Program-made: the position numbers and the translations under genes
Notes under the pieces: model-generated
What the model saw: only the letters and a program-made list of their open reading frames with translations
Told to the model about the DNA's origin: nothing
The model's database searches: none
Shown: piece by piece, positions 31,016-40,234 of the stretch
How positions within the stretch are numbered: position 1 is the first letter of the stretch
Layout of the letters: every line of letters begins with the position of its first letter
NCBI GenBank assembly: GCA_029258885.1
Contig: JAPDJW010000002.1
Location: 128,001 to 192,000, forward strand
Source: Thermoproteota archaeon
Lineage (GTDB): Archaea > Thermoproteota > Thermoprotei > Thermofilales > B9-G17
DNA length: 64,000 nucleotides
Direction of reading: 5' to 3'

Positions 31016-31133
31016 CATCATATTTAAAATAGAGCTTATTAGAGTAAGAATCTAACATATAGATGCATTAAAATATAGTAATATCATAATATTTTTGCGA
31101 ATTAGGGTTTTATAATAAAACTTAAATATGATG
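31016..31133. promoter_or_regulatory. Inverted pair of a 12-bp motif in the divergent promoter
   Basis: CATCATATTTAA (31016-31027) is the exact reverse complement of TTAAATATGATG (31122-31133). Similarity extends to a shared TTTAAAG. Confidence 0.55.
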
Positions 31134-31179
31134 TTTTTTAAAGAATATATGTTGATAATATGCAGATAAGGTTTTAAAA

Positions 31180-33531
31180 ATGAAGAATATGCTTGGTTAT
31201 TTTTCACATAGGGGTAAAGAATTTATTATCACGTCATATAATTTACCGAGGCCCTGGATAAACATACTTTCAAATGGAAAATATGGGGTACTGCTTTCAC
31301 ATACAGGAGGAGGCTTCAGCTGGCTTATAGACTGTAATCTGAATAGGATAACGAAGTGGTATCAGGACGTCTACAGCGATATGGACGGCAGGTATCTATA
31401 CATAAGAGATAAGGATACGGGGGAGTATTGGTCGCCTACCTATAAGCCTGTCATGAGGGATCTGGATAGCTACGAGTGTAGGCATGGCTTAGGATATAGC
31501 GTAATCAGGAGTAGCTATAAGGGTGTGGAGACGGAGATAATATTCTTCGTCCCTAGGGAGGATACGCTTGAAGTATGGATAGTAAAGCTTAAAAATAATA
31601 CGGGAAGACTGAAAAAACTTGAAGTTTTTACGTATGTTGAATGGTGGCTTGGAACGGCCTACGATATAGACAGGCAATTTCATGGTTTGTTCTATGATTT
31701 ATGGGTTGAGGATAACGTAATGTTTGTAACAAAATATTTTTGGACAGGATACGATGGAAGCTGGAATAGATCATGGGACTATATAGCCTTTCTAGCGACC
31801 TCGATAGCTCCAAGCGGATTCGAGGGAAGTAGGGTTAACTTCGTAGGAAGTGGTGGATCAATTAGAGATCCAGTAGCAGTTAGGGAGGGTGTATGTACAA
31901 ACACTAGTGGGCGGGGCTTTGAGCCAGTAGGCGTGTTTAAGCTCAATATATCCTTAAAGCCAGAAGAGGAGAGAACATTCATAGTTTTAATAGGTGTTGG
32001 GAAAAGCGTGGAGGAGGTCAAAGATTGTGTACGAAAGTACATAGACCTAAGGTATTCACTGGATAGGCTGGAGGATGTTAAGCTCTTCTGGGATAAGCTC
32101 CTGAGTAAAACGCTGGTTGAGACCCCAGATAAATACCTAAACTATCTCGTTAACTACTGGTATAAATACCAGACTATAAGCGCTAGAATCCTATCTAGGA
32201 ACGCCTACTACCAGCAGGCAGCTGCCTACGGCTTTAGAGATCAGCTTCAAGATACGTTAACTCTTCTCTTGGTGGACTACGAGTGGGCTAAGAAACAGAT
32301 ATTGGAGCATGCTAGGCATCAGTTTTCGGATGGAAGCGTGCTACATTGGTGGCATGAACTAAATGATAGGGGCATGAAATCCGAGCATTCGGATACTCCA
32401 CTCTGGCTTCCCTTTATGGTTATAAACTACATAAAGGAGACGGGCGACTACAATTTCCTTAAGCTGAAGGTGCCCTTCTATGATGGTGGGGAGGCGTCAA
32501 TATTTACTCACTGTGAGTTAGCAATAAAGAGATGCCTAAGGAACTTCAGTAAACGAGGCCTACCGTTATTTTTAGCTGGAGACTGGAACGACGGTTTTAA
32601 CGCCATAGGAATTAAGAGGAGGGCTGAAAGCTGCTGGCTCGCAGAGTTCCTATATTTAGTTTTAATGGAGTTCTCGAGGCTATGTACGATTATAGGTGAT
32701 AGGAGAAAAGCCAAAAAATACAGGAGAAAGGCGCGTGAGCTAAAGAGGAAGTTTAATGAATTATGTTGGGATGGTGGCTGGTTTATAAGGGGTTTCGACG
32801 ACGAGGGTGAGGCTATAGGAAGTAGCGCTTGCAGAGAGGGCAAGATATTTCTCAACGCTCAAAGCTGGGCTGTAATTTCAAAAATTACATCGAAGAAAAG
32901 AGCTAAAAAGGCTATAGTATCAGCCGAGAAGATGCTAGATACAGAGTATGGTCCAGCTTTATTCACACCAGCATATAGTCGTCCATACGAAAAACTCGGT
33001 TACATCTCTAGGTATGCTCCGGGAACTAAGGAGAACGCTGGAATATTTATGCATGCTGTAACGTGGATGATCATAGCAGAGTGCATGCTGGGAAGAGCTA
33101 GGAAGGCCTATGAAATATATAGGAAGACTTGTCCAGCATACAGGGGATTGGATCCGTGGAAATGTAAAACAGAGCCCTATGTAACGTCGGAGTGGATAGC
33201 TGGACCTGAATCTAAATACTTTGGTGAGGGATGGAACTCCTGGTTAACAGGCTCAGCTGCGTGGAGCCTTAGAGCGGTTCTCGACTACATATTGGGTATA
33301 AGAGCGGACTACGATGGGCTTATAGTTGACCCATGTATACCAAGGGAGTGGAGGGAATATAGGGTTCGCAGGTTCTTTAGAGGAGCAACCTACGAAATAC
33401 ACGTTAAAAATGAGGCTGGAGTATCTAGGGGGGTAAAAAAGATACTTGTCGATGGAAGTGAGATAAAGGGCGTTAAGCTACCCTTATTCAAAGATGAGGA
33501 AACACACTATGTTGAGGTAATTCTGGGATAG
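31180..33531 (+). CDS. GH94 glycoside phosphorylase
   Basis: PRPWINILSN, YECRHGLGYS, YGFRDQLQD, AGDWNDG, LNAQSWAV, KENAGIFMHA and WLTGSAAW. No signal peptide. Confidence 0.92.
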   Translation: MKNMLGYFSHRGKEFIITSYNLPRPWINILSNGKYGVLLSHTGGGFSWLIDCNLNRITKWYQDVYSDMDGRYLYIRDKDTGEYWSPTYKPVMRDLDSYECRHGLGYSVIRSSYKGVETEIIFFVPREDTLEVWIVKLKNNTGRLKKLEVFTYVEWWLGTAYDIDRQFHGLFYDLWVEDNVMFVTKYFWTGYDGSWNRSWDYIAFLATSIAPSGFEGSRVNFVGSGGSIRDPVAVREGVCTNTSGRGFEPVGVFKLNISLKPEEERTFIVLIGVGKSVEEVKDCVRKYIDLRYSLDRLEDVKLFWDKLLSKTLVETPDKYLNYLVNYWYKYQTISARILSRNAYYQQAAAYGFRDQLQDTLTLLLVDYEWAKKQILEHARHQFSDGSVLHWWHELNDRGMKSEHSDTPLWLPFMVINYIKETGDYNFLKLKVPFYDGGEASIFTHCELAIKRCLRNFSKRGLPLFLAGDWNDGFNAIGIKRRAESCWLAEFLYLVLMEFSRLCTIIGDRRKAKKYRRKARELKRKFNELCWDGGWFIRGFDDEGEAIGSSACREGKIFLNAQSWAVISKITSKKRAKKAIVSAEKMLDTEYGPALFTPAYSRPYEKLGYISRYAPGTKENAGIFMHAVTWMIIAECMLGRARKAYEIYRKTCPAYRGLDPWKCKTEPYVTSEWIAGPESKYFGEGWNSWLTGSAAWSLRAVLDYILGIRADYDGLIVDPCIPREWREYRVRRFFRGATYEIHVKNEAGVSRGVKKILVDGSEIKGVKLPLFKDEETHYVEVILG

Positions 33532-34851
33532 TTATCTGCTATATTTATCAACCCACCTACTATAGACGTCAGTCCAATCTCCTCTTCCAACGAATACTGT
33601 TAGCTGAAACTCCCTTGACTCTCTAGGCCTTAATGTCACAGTATTAAATACTAGCTCTATTGAGTAATAGCTGGGGCTAAAGTAACGTTTTACTAGAGAT
33701 ACATCATCCAGACTCCATAGGATTCCAAGTATTTCTTTCGTTGTATTATTGTAGTAGGCAGCCCATCCATTTGTTACTCTCTCGTCGCTAAGCTGAGTGT
33801 GGCGCCGCTTATACACCTCCTTATATCTTTCCTCGGGAAGTTCCTTAAGATAATACGTCGGCCACGTTATTCCAGAATAGTTGGGTTCAAACCTTTCAAC
33901 GTAAGTTCCGTTTTCAACAGGAAGATACAGCCAGTCATCCGTACTCACATCGCCTCCAATATTTAGATAGTTGCATACCCACAGCGACACCTTCTGCGTA
34001 GTTCTATTTAAGTTTGTAACTATATACTTTACATCAAACTCTGAATTAATGGAATCCATTGAGATCACTTTCTCAAGCTTGATTCTGCCTACGTTTTCTC
34101 CTTCAAGCACCTTAGAGAACATTACCTTTACCCTTTTACCATAGCCCCTAAGTATCTCGTAATCATATCTCTCGTTAGCTAAATATACTCCCCACCCCTC
34201 CTCGAGAAATGTATCATACAGCATGCCCAGCGACTCGTAAACTTCATTGGTTCCAGTTTCCTTATATATCAGGCTATTTATCCTCCCACCGCTGTTTGGA
34301 GCAATTGATAGGAGAAGCTTATTATTCTCCATAACTACTTCATCCACGCCATCCTCGTTAAAATCAAATGTCTTAATCCTGGCCTCATTTATTAAAGGTA
34401 TGTAAGTATCCTCCTTTATCGCCCTAAGTACCAGCCTAGATTTAAGCCCCTTAATGTATGGAATTCTAGATAACCTTTCAATAAACCTAACTAATTCATC
34501 GGATGTTCTGCATCTAACTTTCGCAAATATGTTAGATTCATTCTCAATAACATAAAGTTCCGTAATTTCATGCATGGATGAAAGATTTTTAATTGCCTCA
34601 GAGAGCATAGAGGGCTCGACTTTAATCTCCAGCAGAGAAAGATAGTCATAGTTAACTTTCTTAACGTCAAGCTGAACGGTATACTTCTTAATAATGCCCT
34701 TCTTAACCATCGCATCCATCCTACGCTTAACGGTAGTCGCCGTAGCTTCAATGCCGAATTCCTTAAGGCGCTCAGCTATATCAATAAGCGAGGTCCTGCT
34801 ATTTTCCATTAAAATCATTAGAATTCTCTTATCTATCTCGTCCAGCATCAC
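33532..34851 (-). CDS. Lrp/AsnC regulator fused to a C-terminal carbohydrate-type beta-supersandwich (DUF1926/galactose-mutarotase-like)
   Basis: LDEIDKRILMILMENSRTS HTH plus RAM domain in aa 1-150. Then FDFNEDGVDEVVMENNKLLLSIAPNSGGRINSLIYK. Confidence 0.78.
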   Translation of the reverse strand: MMLDEIDKRILMILMENSRTSLIDIAERLKEFGIEATATTVKRRMDAMVKKGIIKKYTVQLDVKKVNYDYLSLLEIKVEPSMLSEAIKNLSSMHEITELYVIENESNIFAKVRCRTSDELVRFIERLSRIPYIKGLKSRLVLRAIKEDTYIPLINEARIKTFDFNEDGVDEVVMENNKLLLSIAPNSGGRINSLIYKETGTNEVYESLGMLYDTFLEEGWGVYLANERYDYEILRGYGKRVKVMFSKVLEGENVGRIKLEKVISMDSINSEFDVKYIVTNLNRTTQKVSLWVCNYLNIGGDVSTDDWLYLPVENGTYVERFEPNYSGITWPTYYLKELPEERYKEVYKRRHTQLSDERVTNGWAAYYNNTTKEILGILWSLDDVSLVKRYFSPSYYSIELVFNTVTLRPRESREFQLTVFVGRGDWTDVYSRWVDKYSR

Positions 34852-35082
34852 TATACACCCTCGTATCTTCTCCGACTTATGTATTAAAAACTCACATATT
34901 AAAGTTTATTTCGAACAATAACTCGTAAAATTCCAAAATTAACAAGATTATCCATGTACGAAATATGGCTGACTAAAGCTATAATTACTTTAAGGCGATA
35001 TTTAGAAAACAACGTAGTATAGAAAAAAATAAATATTCGATAGTTAAAATATAAAATTGCAGTGTTAAAAAAAGGTGTTAGT

Positions 35083-36276
35083 ATGAATAAAAATAAAGTG
35101 TCGGGCCTACTTATTGCGGTAATGCTTCTTCTAATGCTTCTGCCCATGCTTAGAATAGACAGCTATGTTAAGGCCACTCCCCAAAGAAGAGTTGTATTTG
35201 AATGGGTTAACCAAACAGCCAAGAAGTTCCGTGTAAAGACTTCATACATTGAATGCTACTTTGAGGGAGAGCAGGGTGGAAGCCTAATAGAGATAAAACA
35301 CTACGCCGTACCAAACGTGGATTTTGTAGATGACGTAAAAATGGCTGCGACAGGTCCCGACATCGGCTGGACCTCGTCGAGGTGGGGCATAGACATTTCG
35401 AATGTCACGGTATCCTACAGGGAAATTGAGGAGGATCTATTGGAGGTAAACGTTACTGCATTAAATAATAACATAAAGTTTGAGCATATATTCTACTTTA
35501 CGGACAGCGACGTAATACTGGTCTGGTACAGAGCCACACTCCTAGCGGATATCAATCTAACTTCAATAGGAGCAGAATTCGTACCAGCAACCATAGCTAC
35601 TTCAGGAGCCCAGGTTGTATGTACAGACTACTTCGGTAACCTAATAACCCACACATTGAACGGTAGCATGCTCTATATAGTATTTGGAAATTCAAGCGAA
35701 GGAACACTGCCTCTAAAGGAGAACTGGATGGCCGTATATAACCCAGATGTAAATGCTTTCGCTGGAATAATATGGCTTGACCCGGAGATGTTTATAACCG
35801 ATAAGTCGACCGTAGGCGTATGGGACGGCGCGGTATGGTCTGTAGCTTCGCTCGTCTCTAGATGGTTTGATGATCCCAAGGGCAAGGTATTCCCGAAGGG
35901 AACAATGTTCGAAAACTACCTATTAATAGTCGTCGGCTCTGGAAGCTATGATAGAATTAGGGCATTAGGTGAATTAGTAAGAAACATAAATTCATACTAT
36001 CAGAGAGTAAAGATATCTACACTACTAGAGCAGATAAGCTCGCTCCAGAGCGCATACTCATCTCTACAGTCAGACTACAACTCCCTCCAGACCCAGTATA
36101 ATACACTTCAAACGGAGTATAACTCATTAAAGGCAGAGTTCGATGAATATAAAGCTCAATATACGGTTACTCAGGCTCAACTGCAGCAAACACAGATGAC
36201 TTCAATAATTATAGGCATTGTAATAGGTCTAATAATAGGATTCGCTTTAGGATGGTTTATAAAGAAGAAAAAGTAA
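35083..36276 (+). CDS. Surface protein: signal peptide, beta-supersandwich, coiled-coil stalk, C-terminal TM
   Basis: ATG at 35083 after AAGGTG. Contains the EQGGSLIEIKH motif, heptad repeats and the IIIGIVIGLIIGFALGWFIKKKK anchor. Confidence 0.7.
   Translation: MNKNKVSGLLIAVMLLLMLLPMLRIDSYVKATPQRRVVFEWVNQTAKKFRVKTSYIECYFEGEQGGSLIEIKHYAVPNVDFVDDVKMAATGPDIGWTSSRWGIDISNVTVSYREIEEDLLEVNVTALNNNIKFEHIFYFTDSDVILVWYRATLLADINLTSIGAEFVPATIATSGAQVVCTDYFGNLITHTLNGSMLYIVFGNSSEGTLPLKENWMAVYNPDVNAFAGIIWLDPEMFITDKSTVGVWDGAVWSVASLVSRWFDDPKGKVFPKGTMFENYLLIVVGSGSYDRIRALGELVRNINSYYQRVKISTLLEQISSLQSAYSSLQSDYNSLQTQYNTLQTEYNSLKAEFDEYKAQYTVTQAQLQQTQMTSIIIGIVIGLIIGFALGWFIKKKK
36046..36150 (+). repeat. Imperfect 21-bp (7-aa) tandem repeats forming a coiled coil
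   Basis: LQSAYSS-LQSDYNS-LQTQYNT-LQTEYNS-LKAEFDE. Confidence 0.7.
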
Positions 36277-36297
36277 GAAGATAATAAAGGTGTCAAA

Positions 36298-38244
36298 ATG
36301 AAAAAACTTTTTTTATTTATAATAATTTTAGTGGTAAGCCTAGTAGCTAAGCCCCTTATCGGCGTATTTTCCTATAGTAATGATGAAGTCTACGAAAACT
36401 ACAAGTATAAGGCAACAGTACATATAACCGAGACAGCTGGCGTGGATAGATTCTTTGAGCTCGTAATAGTAAGAACTCCACCAATTGATGTAAGCGTTTT
36501 CAAAATAGACTACTTAAGCGGGCCGTCCTCGGCTAAACATGGAGGCGTAGCCTACGTAAAGGATGTACTCGTAGTAAAGGCTGAAGGAGATAAGCTTATT
36601 GAAATACCATCCCAAACCGGCGATGTCATATTTTATCCTAACAATACGGTATCCTTCAACATCTATTTCCTAATTAATATTTCTGGGAACAGCAGAGATA
36701 CATACTACATCTACTTCGGAGCTAAGGATCCAAGCAAGATTGAAGATCCGCTGAAAAAGTATAAGACTGATCTAAGATTCTCAGAAACTAAAACCGGGGG
36801 AGTAAGCGTAGAAAACACCTATTACAACGTTACCGTTGATTCCTCACTTGGAGGCTGGCTGACTAGCCTAATACATAAAGCTGGAAGCGGCACAAAGTAT
36901 GTACATGGCGATAGTGGAGGAGGAGCCTTCATATACTATAAAAACAGGTGGTTATCCCAAGTTTTTAATACAAAGAAGGTGGAGTATAGGATTTGTGCAT
37001 TAGGTCCAATAGCAGTGCACGTGGAATTCTGGGGACCTATAGTAGATACATCGAAGAAGGATCTCGGAGTAGGAGAGTATCATACAACATGGATATTTAC
37101 AGCCTATTCTCCGAGGATAATCCTGATACAAAACGTTACTTTGAAGACCGTAATTAAAGCCAACGATTTTAGACCAATACAGTTTTTCATACCAAAGTTC
37201 AACTGGTATGATTTCTACGTCTTACAGTCAGATAGAACGCTCTATCAGGGGTCCGTAACGAAGTCCGTTGATAAGGGTGGAGCAGGAGTGGACTTTAATG
37301 AGGCCTTCTGGGAGGTAGATATAACCAAAAATAATCCACAAGATGCTGTTGCCGTAATACCTGAACACCCAATCTTTGACCTAGTTAAGGAGCACTGGTA
37401 CAATATAGGCTGCCTAGACTACGTTAAAAATACTAGAAATCCGGACACGAGGACGCAGGTATTTGGTCCGGGAACCTACGAGAACCCCGTCAAGTTCTTC
37501 CTGATAATAGATAGAGCAGATAGAATGCTGGAGAACGACTTAAGCATAATATATACGTACGAGAAGCTGCTAAAGCAGCCATTAATAATTGAATCAGAGT
37601 TTCCGGAGATAGAGGTTAAGAGGATTACATATGCAATATACGCCTTCAAGATAGTCGATATAGCTAATAACCCGGTTAAGGACGTTTTAATAGTAAGTGA
37701 TGAAGCGAGACAGAATATTACGGATGAGAATGGAATAGCTTACCTAAACCTGACCTTAGGGAAGAGGACTATAAACATATTCTGGCATAATCTCAGCGTA
37801 GGCACGCTACACATAGTAGCTTCACCAGGTGGCGAAAACCTAACCATACAGATAAATGTCGCTGTAGTAAATGGGCTATCATTCGGCTCTAATGGAACGA
37901 TAGAGTCCCTCCCCACGGTAAGTAATGAAAAGATTTCATTAAATATCTCGTCTACGCCCAACACACTAGTATTATGCATAGTCACAGGATTGGAGAAGGG
38001 TCCATTAGCGGTTAAGGTAAATGGGGTCGTAGGCTCAAGCGGATACGACTACACGTACAGGGACGGAGTTTTAACAATATATGCCATAACCGACGCCAAG
38101 GGTAAAGCCGCAATCGAGATAATGTTCGTTTCAGAGGAAATCCTACCCTTCTACATGTTTCTTCTGGCGATAATATTCGGCTTTATCATACTAGCTATAC
38201 TGCCTTTTGCGTATCATTTAAGGGGTGAGAAATATGTCAGGTGA
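36298..38244 (+). CDS. Surface protein: signal peptide, beta-supersandwich, Ig-like domains, C-terminal TM
   Basis: VENTYYNVTVDSSLGGWLTSLIHK motif, VDIANNPVKDV carboxypeptidase-regulatory-like segment and a hydrophobic tail. Confidence 0.65.
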   Translation: MKKLFLFIIILVVSLVAKPLIGVFSYSNDEVYENYKYKATVHITETAGVDRFFELVIVRTPPIDVSVFKIDYLSGPSSAKHGGVAYVKDVLVVKAEGDKLIEIPSQTGDVIFYPNNTVSFNIYFLINISGNSRDTYYIYFGAKDPSKIEDPLKKYKTDLRFSETKTGGVSVENTYYNVTVDSSLGGWLTSLIHKAGSGTKYVHGDSGGGAFIYYKNRWLSQVFNTKKVEYRICALGPIAVHVEFWGPIVDTSKKDLGVGEYHTTWIFTAYSPRIILIQNVTLKTVIKANDFRPIQFFIPKFNWYDFYVLQSDRTLYQGSVTKSVDKGGAGVDFNEAFWEVDITKNNPQDAVAVIPEHPIFDLVKEHWYNIGCLDYVKNTRNPDTRTQVFGPGTYENPVKFFLIIDRADRMLENDLSIIYTYEKLLKQPLIIESEFPEIEVKRITYAIYAFKIVDIANNPVKDVLIVSDEARQNITDENGIAYLNLTLGKRTINIFWHNLSVGTLHIVASPGGENLTIQINVAVVNGLSFGSNGTIESLPTVSNEKISLNISSTPNTLVLCIVTGLEKGPLAVKVNGVVGSSGYDYTYRDGVLTIYAITDAKGKAAIEIMFVSEEILPFYMFLLAIIFGFIILAILPFAYHLRGEKYVR

Positions 38245-40216
38245 AGCAAGCACAGGGGCTAAACTAGTAAAGGCATACGTGCTAGGAATACTATTAACAA
38301 TTATAGTGACGATGGTTAACAGCTTTGCCTGGATCTTAGCTCCAGGAGCAGATTTCCCCATTAGCATTCTAGCGCCTATACTCATTCTATTCATCCTAAG
38401 GATAGTCTCAGATATTGGAGCCAAATTATCTAAGGAAAGTATGGCCATAATATACTCGATGATCCTTGTCTCCATAGGATGGAGCTTCATATCTGCTTTC
38501 TGGATATCACAGGCATCCGGCTCGGTCTACGTACCCAGACTGAGGGCTATAGTCTCCCAATGGATTCCCGATTTATGGACTCCTAGGAGCATACTCATAT
38601 TAAAAGGGATGTTTCTCGGTGGCAGTATACCATGGGATGCATGGATGACTCCGGTGCTGTTCTGGATCGCTCTTGCATTAGCATGGGCTTTCCTACTATT
38701 ATCACTAATGCCTCTCTTCAGCACAATATTCGTAGATATAGAGAGACTTTCATTCCCACTATCAACAATACCCCTAGCAATTATAGGTAAAAGTAGCGGC
38801 AGTAAGTTCAGCGAGTACTTTAGGGATATACTATTCATAGGTGGTTTACTCATAGCAATTGCCTTCACTTTGCCCGATGTAATAAACACTGCCGTGAAAA
38901 ATCCCAATTTCCTGCCTTCTCCAGCTGTCCTCATGACGGTAGACTGGCACGAAGTATTCCCAGAGATAAAATATGTCTTAAGGGGTGCAGTATTGTACAC
39001 CAGCATTACTCCGTTAATGTTTGCCTTCGCTTATCTACTCCCCCTAGATGTTCTGTTAACTCAATGGATAACTTACATTTTCTTCATGATAGTACTCCCA
39101 GTAGTAGATATATACATGCTTCATCCGGAGAGGTTTAGAGAGTACGTCAATAGCCCGGGTTATGCGTGGGACATGACTATATCCCCGGCGTATAGCGTTT
39201 GGAGGACGGAAGCATTAACATTAATAGGAGGAATATACGGCCTAGCACTTTTCTATATAGCCTACAACTGGAGCAACATATCCTCATGGATTAAAAAGCT
39301 ATTCAGGGAGCGGCCTAAGGTGGAGATGTTATCGGGAGTATACTTTGTATTCTCGGCAGTAATACTAATAGCCCTACTAACGATTTCGGGAATGCCTCTA
39401 GTACTATCAATACTACTGCTAATAATGCTTATAGTCTCATCCATAGGAATGACAGCATTAAGAGCATCAGCTGGAGGAAACATATTAAATGGCCTAGTAA
39501 TTGGAGGAGAATCCAACAGACTCTTCACGCTGGCTTTCCTCTACGATACAGGTGGAGCACTAGGAATATTCAATAGCAGACCCAGCCCGACGCCTACTCA
39601 GCAGTGTTTTCTCAGTATGCAAGCTGCAATAATTATAAATGGAGATGCAATGGCATGGAACCCGCTGGCTCTAGGACTAGAGTCATATAAAATATGCAGT
39701 GAATACGGTATAGGTAAAGATAAGGTATTTACCGCACAGGCATTAGCGTTGCTTGTAGCGATACTAGTATCCTTCCCACTTGTGCTCTCAGTATTCTACA
39801 GCTATGGTATTGAAAACATAATATATACCTATCACAGCTCGATAAGAGATATCTTCGCCGAGGCATTTACGAGAGACTTAACCCTGTACTACACTAACGT
39901 TGGGCCTCTTAACGTCCAGTTAAGTAGCCCCTACCTTCCACACACTATAGCTGGAATAATAATAGTAATCGCCTTGATGTACATGAGAATAATGAAGCCT
40001 GGTTTCCCGCTAAATCCAGCGGGATACGTGCTGGGAGCAAGCTTCTTCACCTATCCATGGTGGACAGCATTCCTAGTAGCATGGATTGTTAAGTACATCA
40101 TAATAAGGATAGGTGGAGCCGAGCTCTACGAGAGGACAATAAAGTTCTCAACGGGAATAGCTATCGGAACGGGCATAGGTCTCCTAATGCTATGGTTAGC
40201 TTCACTAACGACCTAA
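38225..40216 (+). CDS. Polytopic membrane protein, OPT-like (DUF6785/DUF6784-type)
   Basis: DIERLSFPL, LPLDVLLT and GFPLNPAGY...WWTAFLVAWIVKYIIIRIGG..LY....GIAIG. Start overlaps the upstream gene. Confidence 0.65.
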   Translation: MRNMSGEASTGAKLVKAYVLGILLTIIVTMVNSFAWILAPGADFPISILAPILILFILRIVSDIGAKLSKESMAIIYSMILVSIGWSFISAFWISQASGSVYVPRLRAIVSQWIPDLWTPRSILILKGMFLGGSIPWDAWMTPVLFWIALALAWAFLLLSLMPLFSTIFVDIERLSFPLSTIPLAIIGKSSGSKFSEYFRDILFIGGLLIAIAFTLPDVINTAVKNPNFLPSPAVLMTVDWHEVFPEIKYVLRGAVLYTSITPLMFAFAYLLPLDVLLTQWITYIFFMIVLPVVDIYMLHPERFREYVNSPGYAWDMTISPAYSVWRTEALTLIGGIYGLALFYIAYNWSNISSWIKKLFRERPKVEMLSGVYFVFSAVILIALLTISGMPLVLSILLLIMLIVSSIGMTALRASAGGNILNGLVIGGESNRLFTLAFLYDTGGALGIFNSRPSPTPTQQCFLSMQAAIIINGDAMAWNPLALGLESYKICSEYGIGKDKVFTAQALALLVAILVSFPLVLSVFYSYGIENIIYTYHSSIRDIFAEAFTRDLTLYYTNVGPLNVQLSSPYLPHTIAGIIIVIALMYMRIMKPGFPLNPAGYVLGASFFTYPWWTAFLVAWIVKYIIIRIGGAELYERTIKFSTGIAIGTGIGLLMLWLASLTT

Positions 40217-40234
40217 AATTAAGGTGAATACGTA

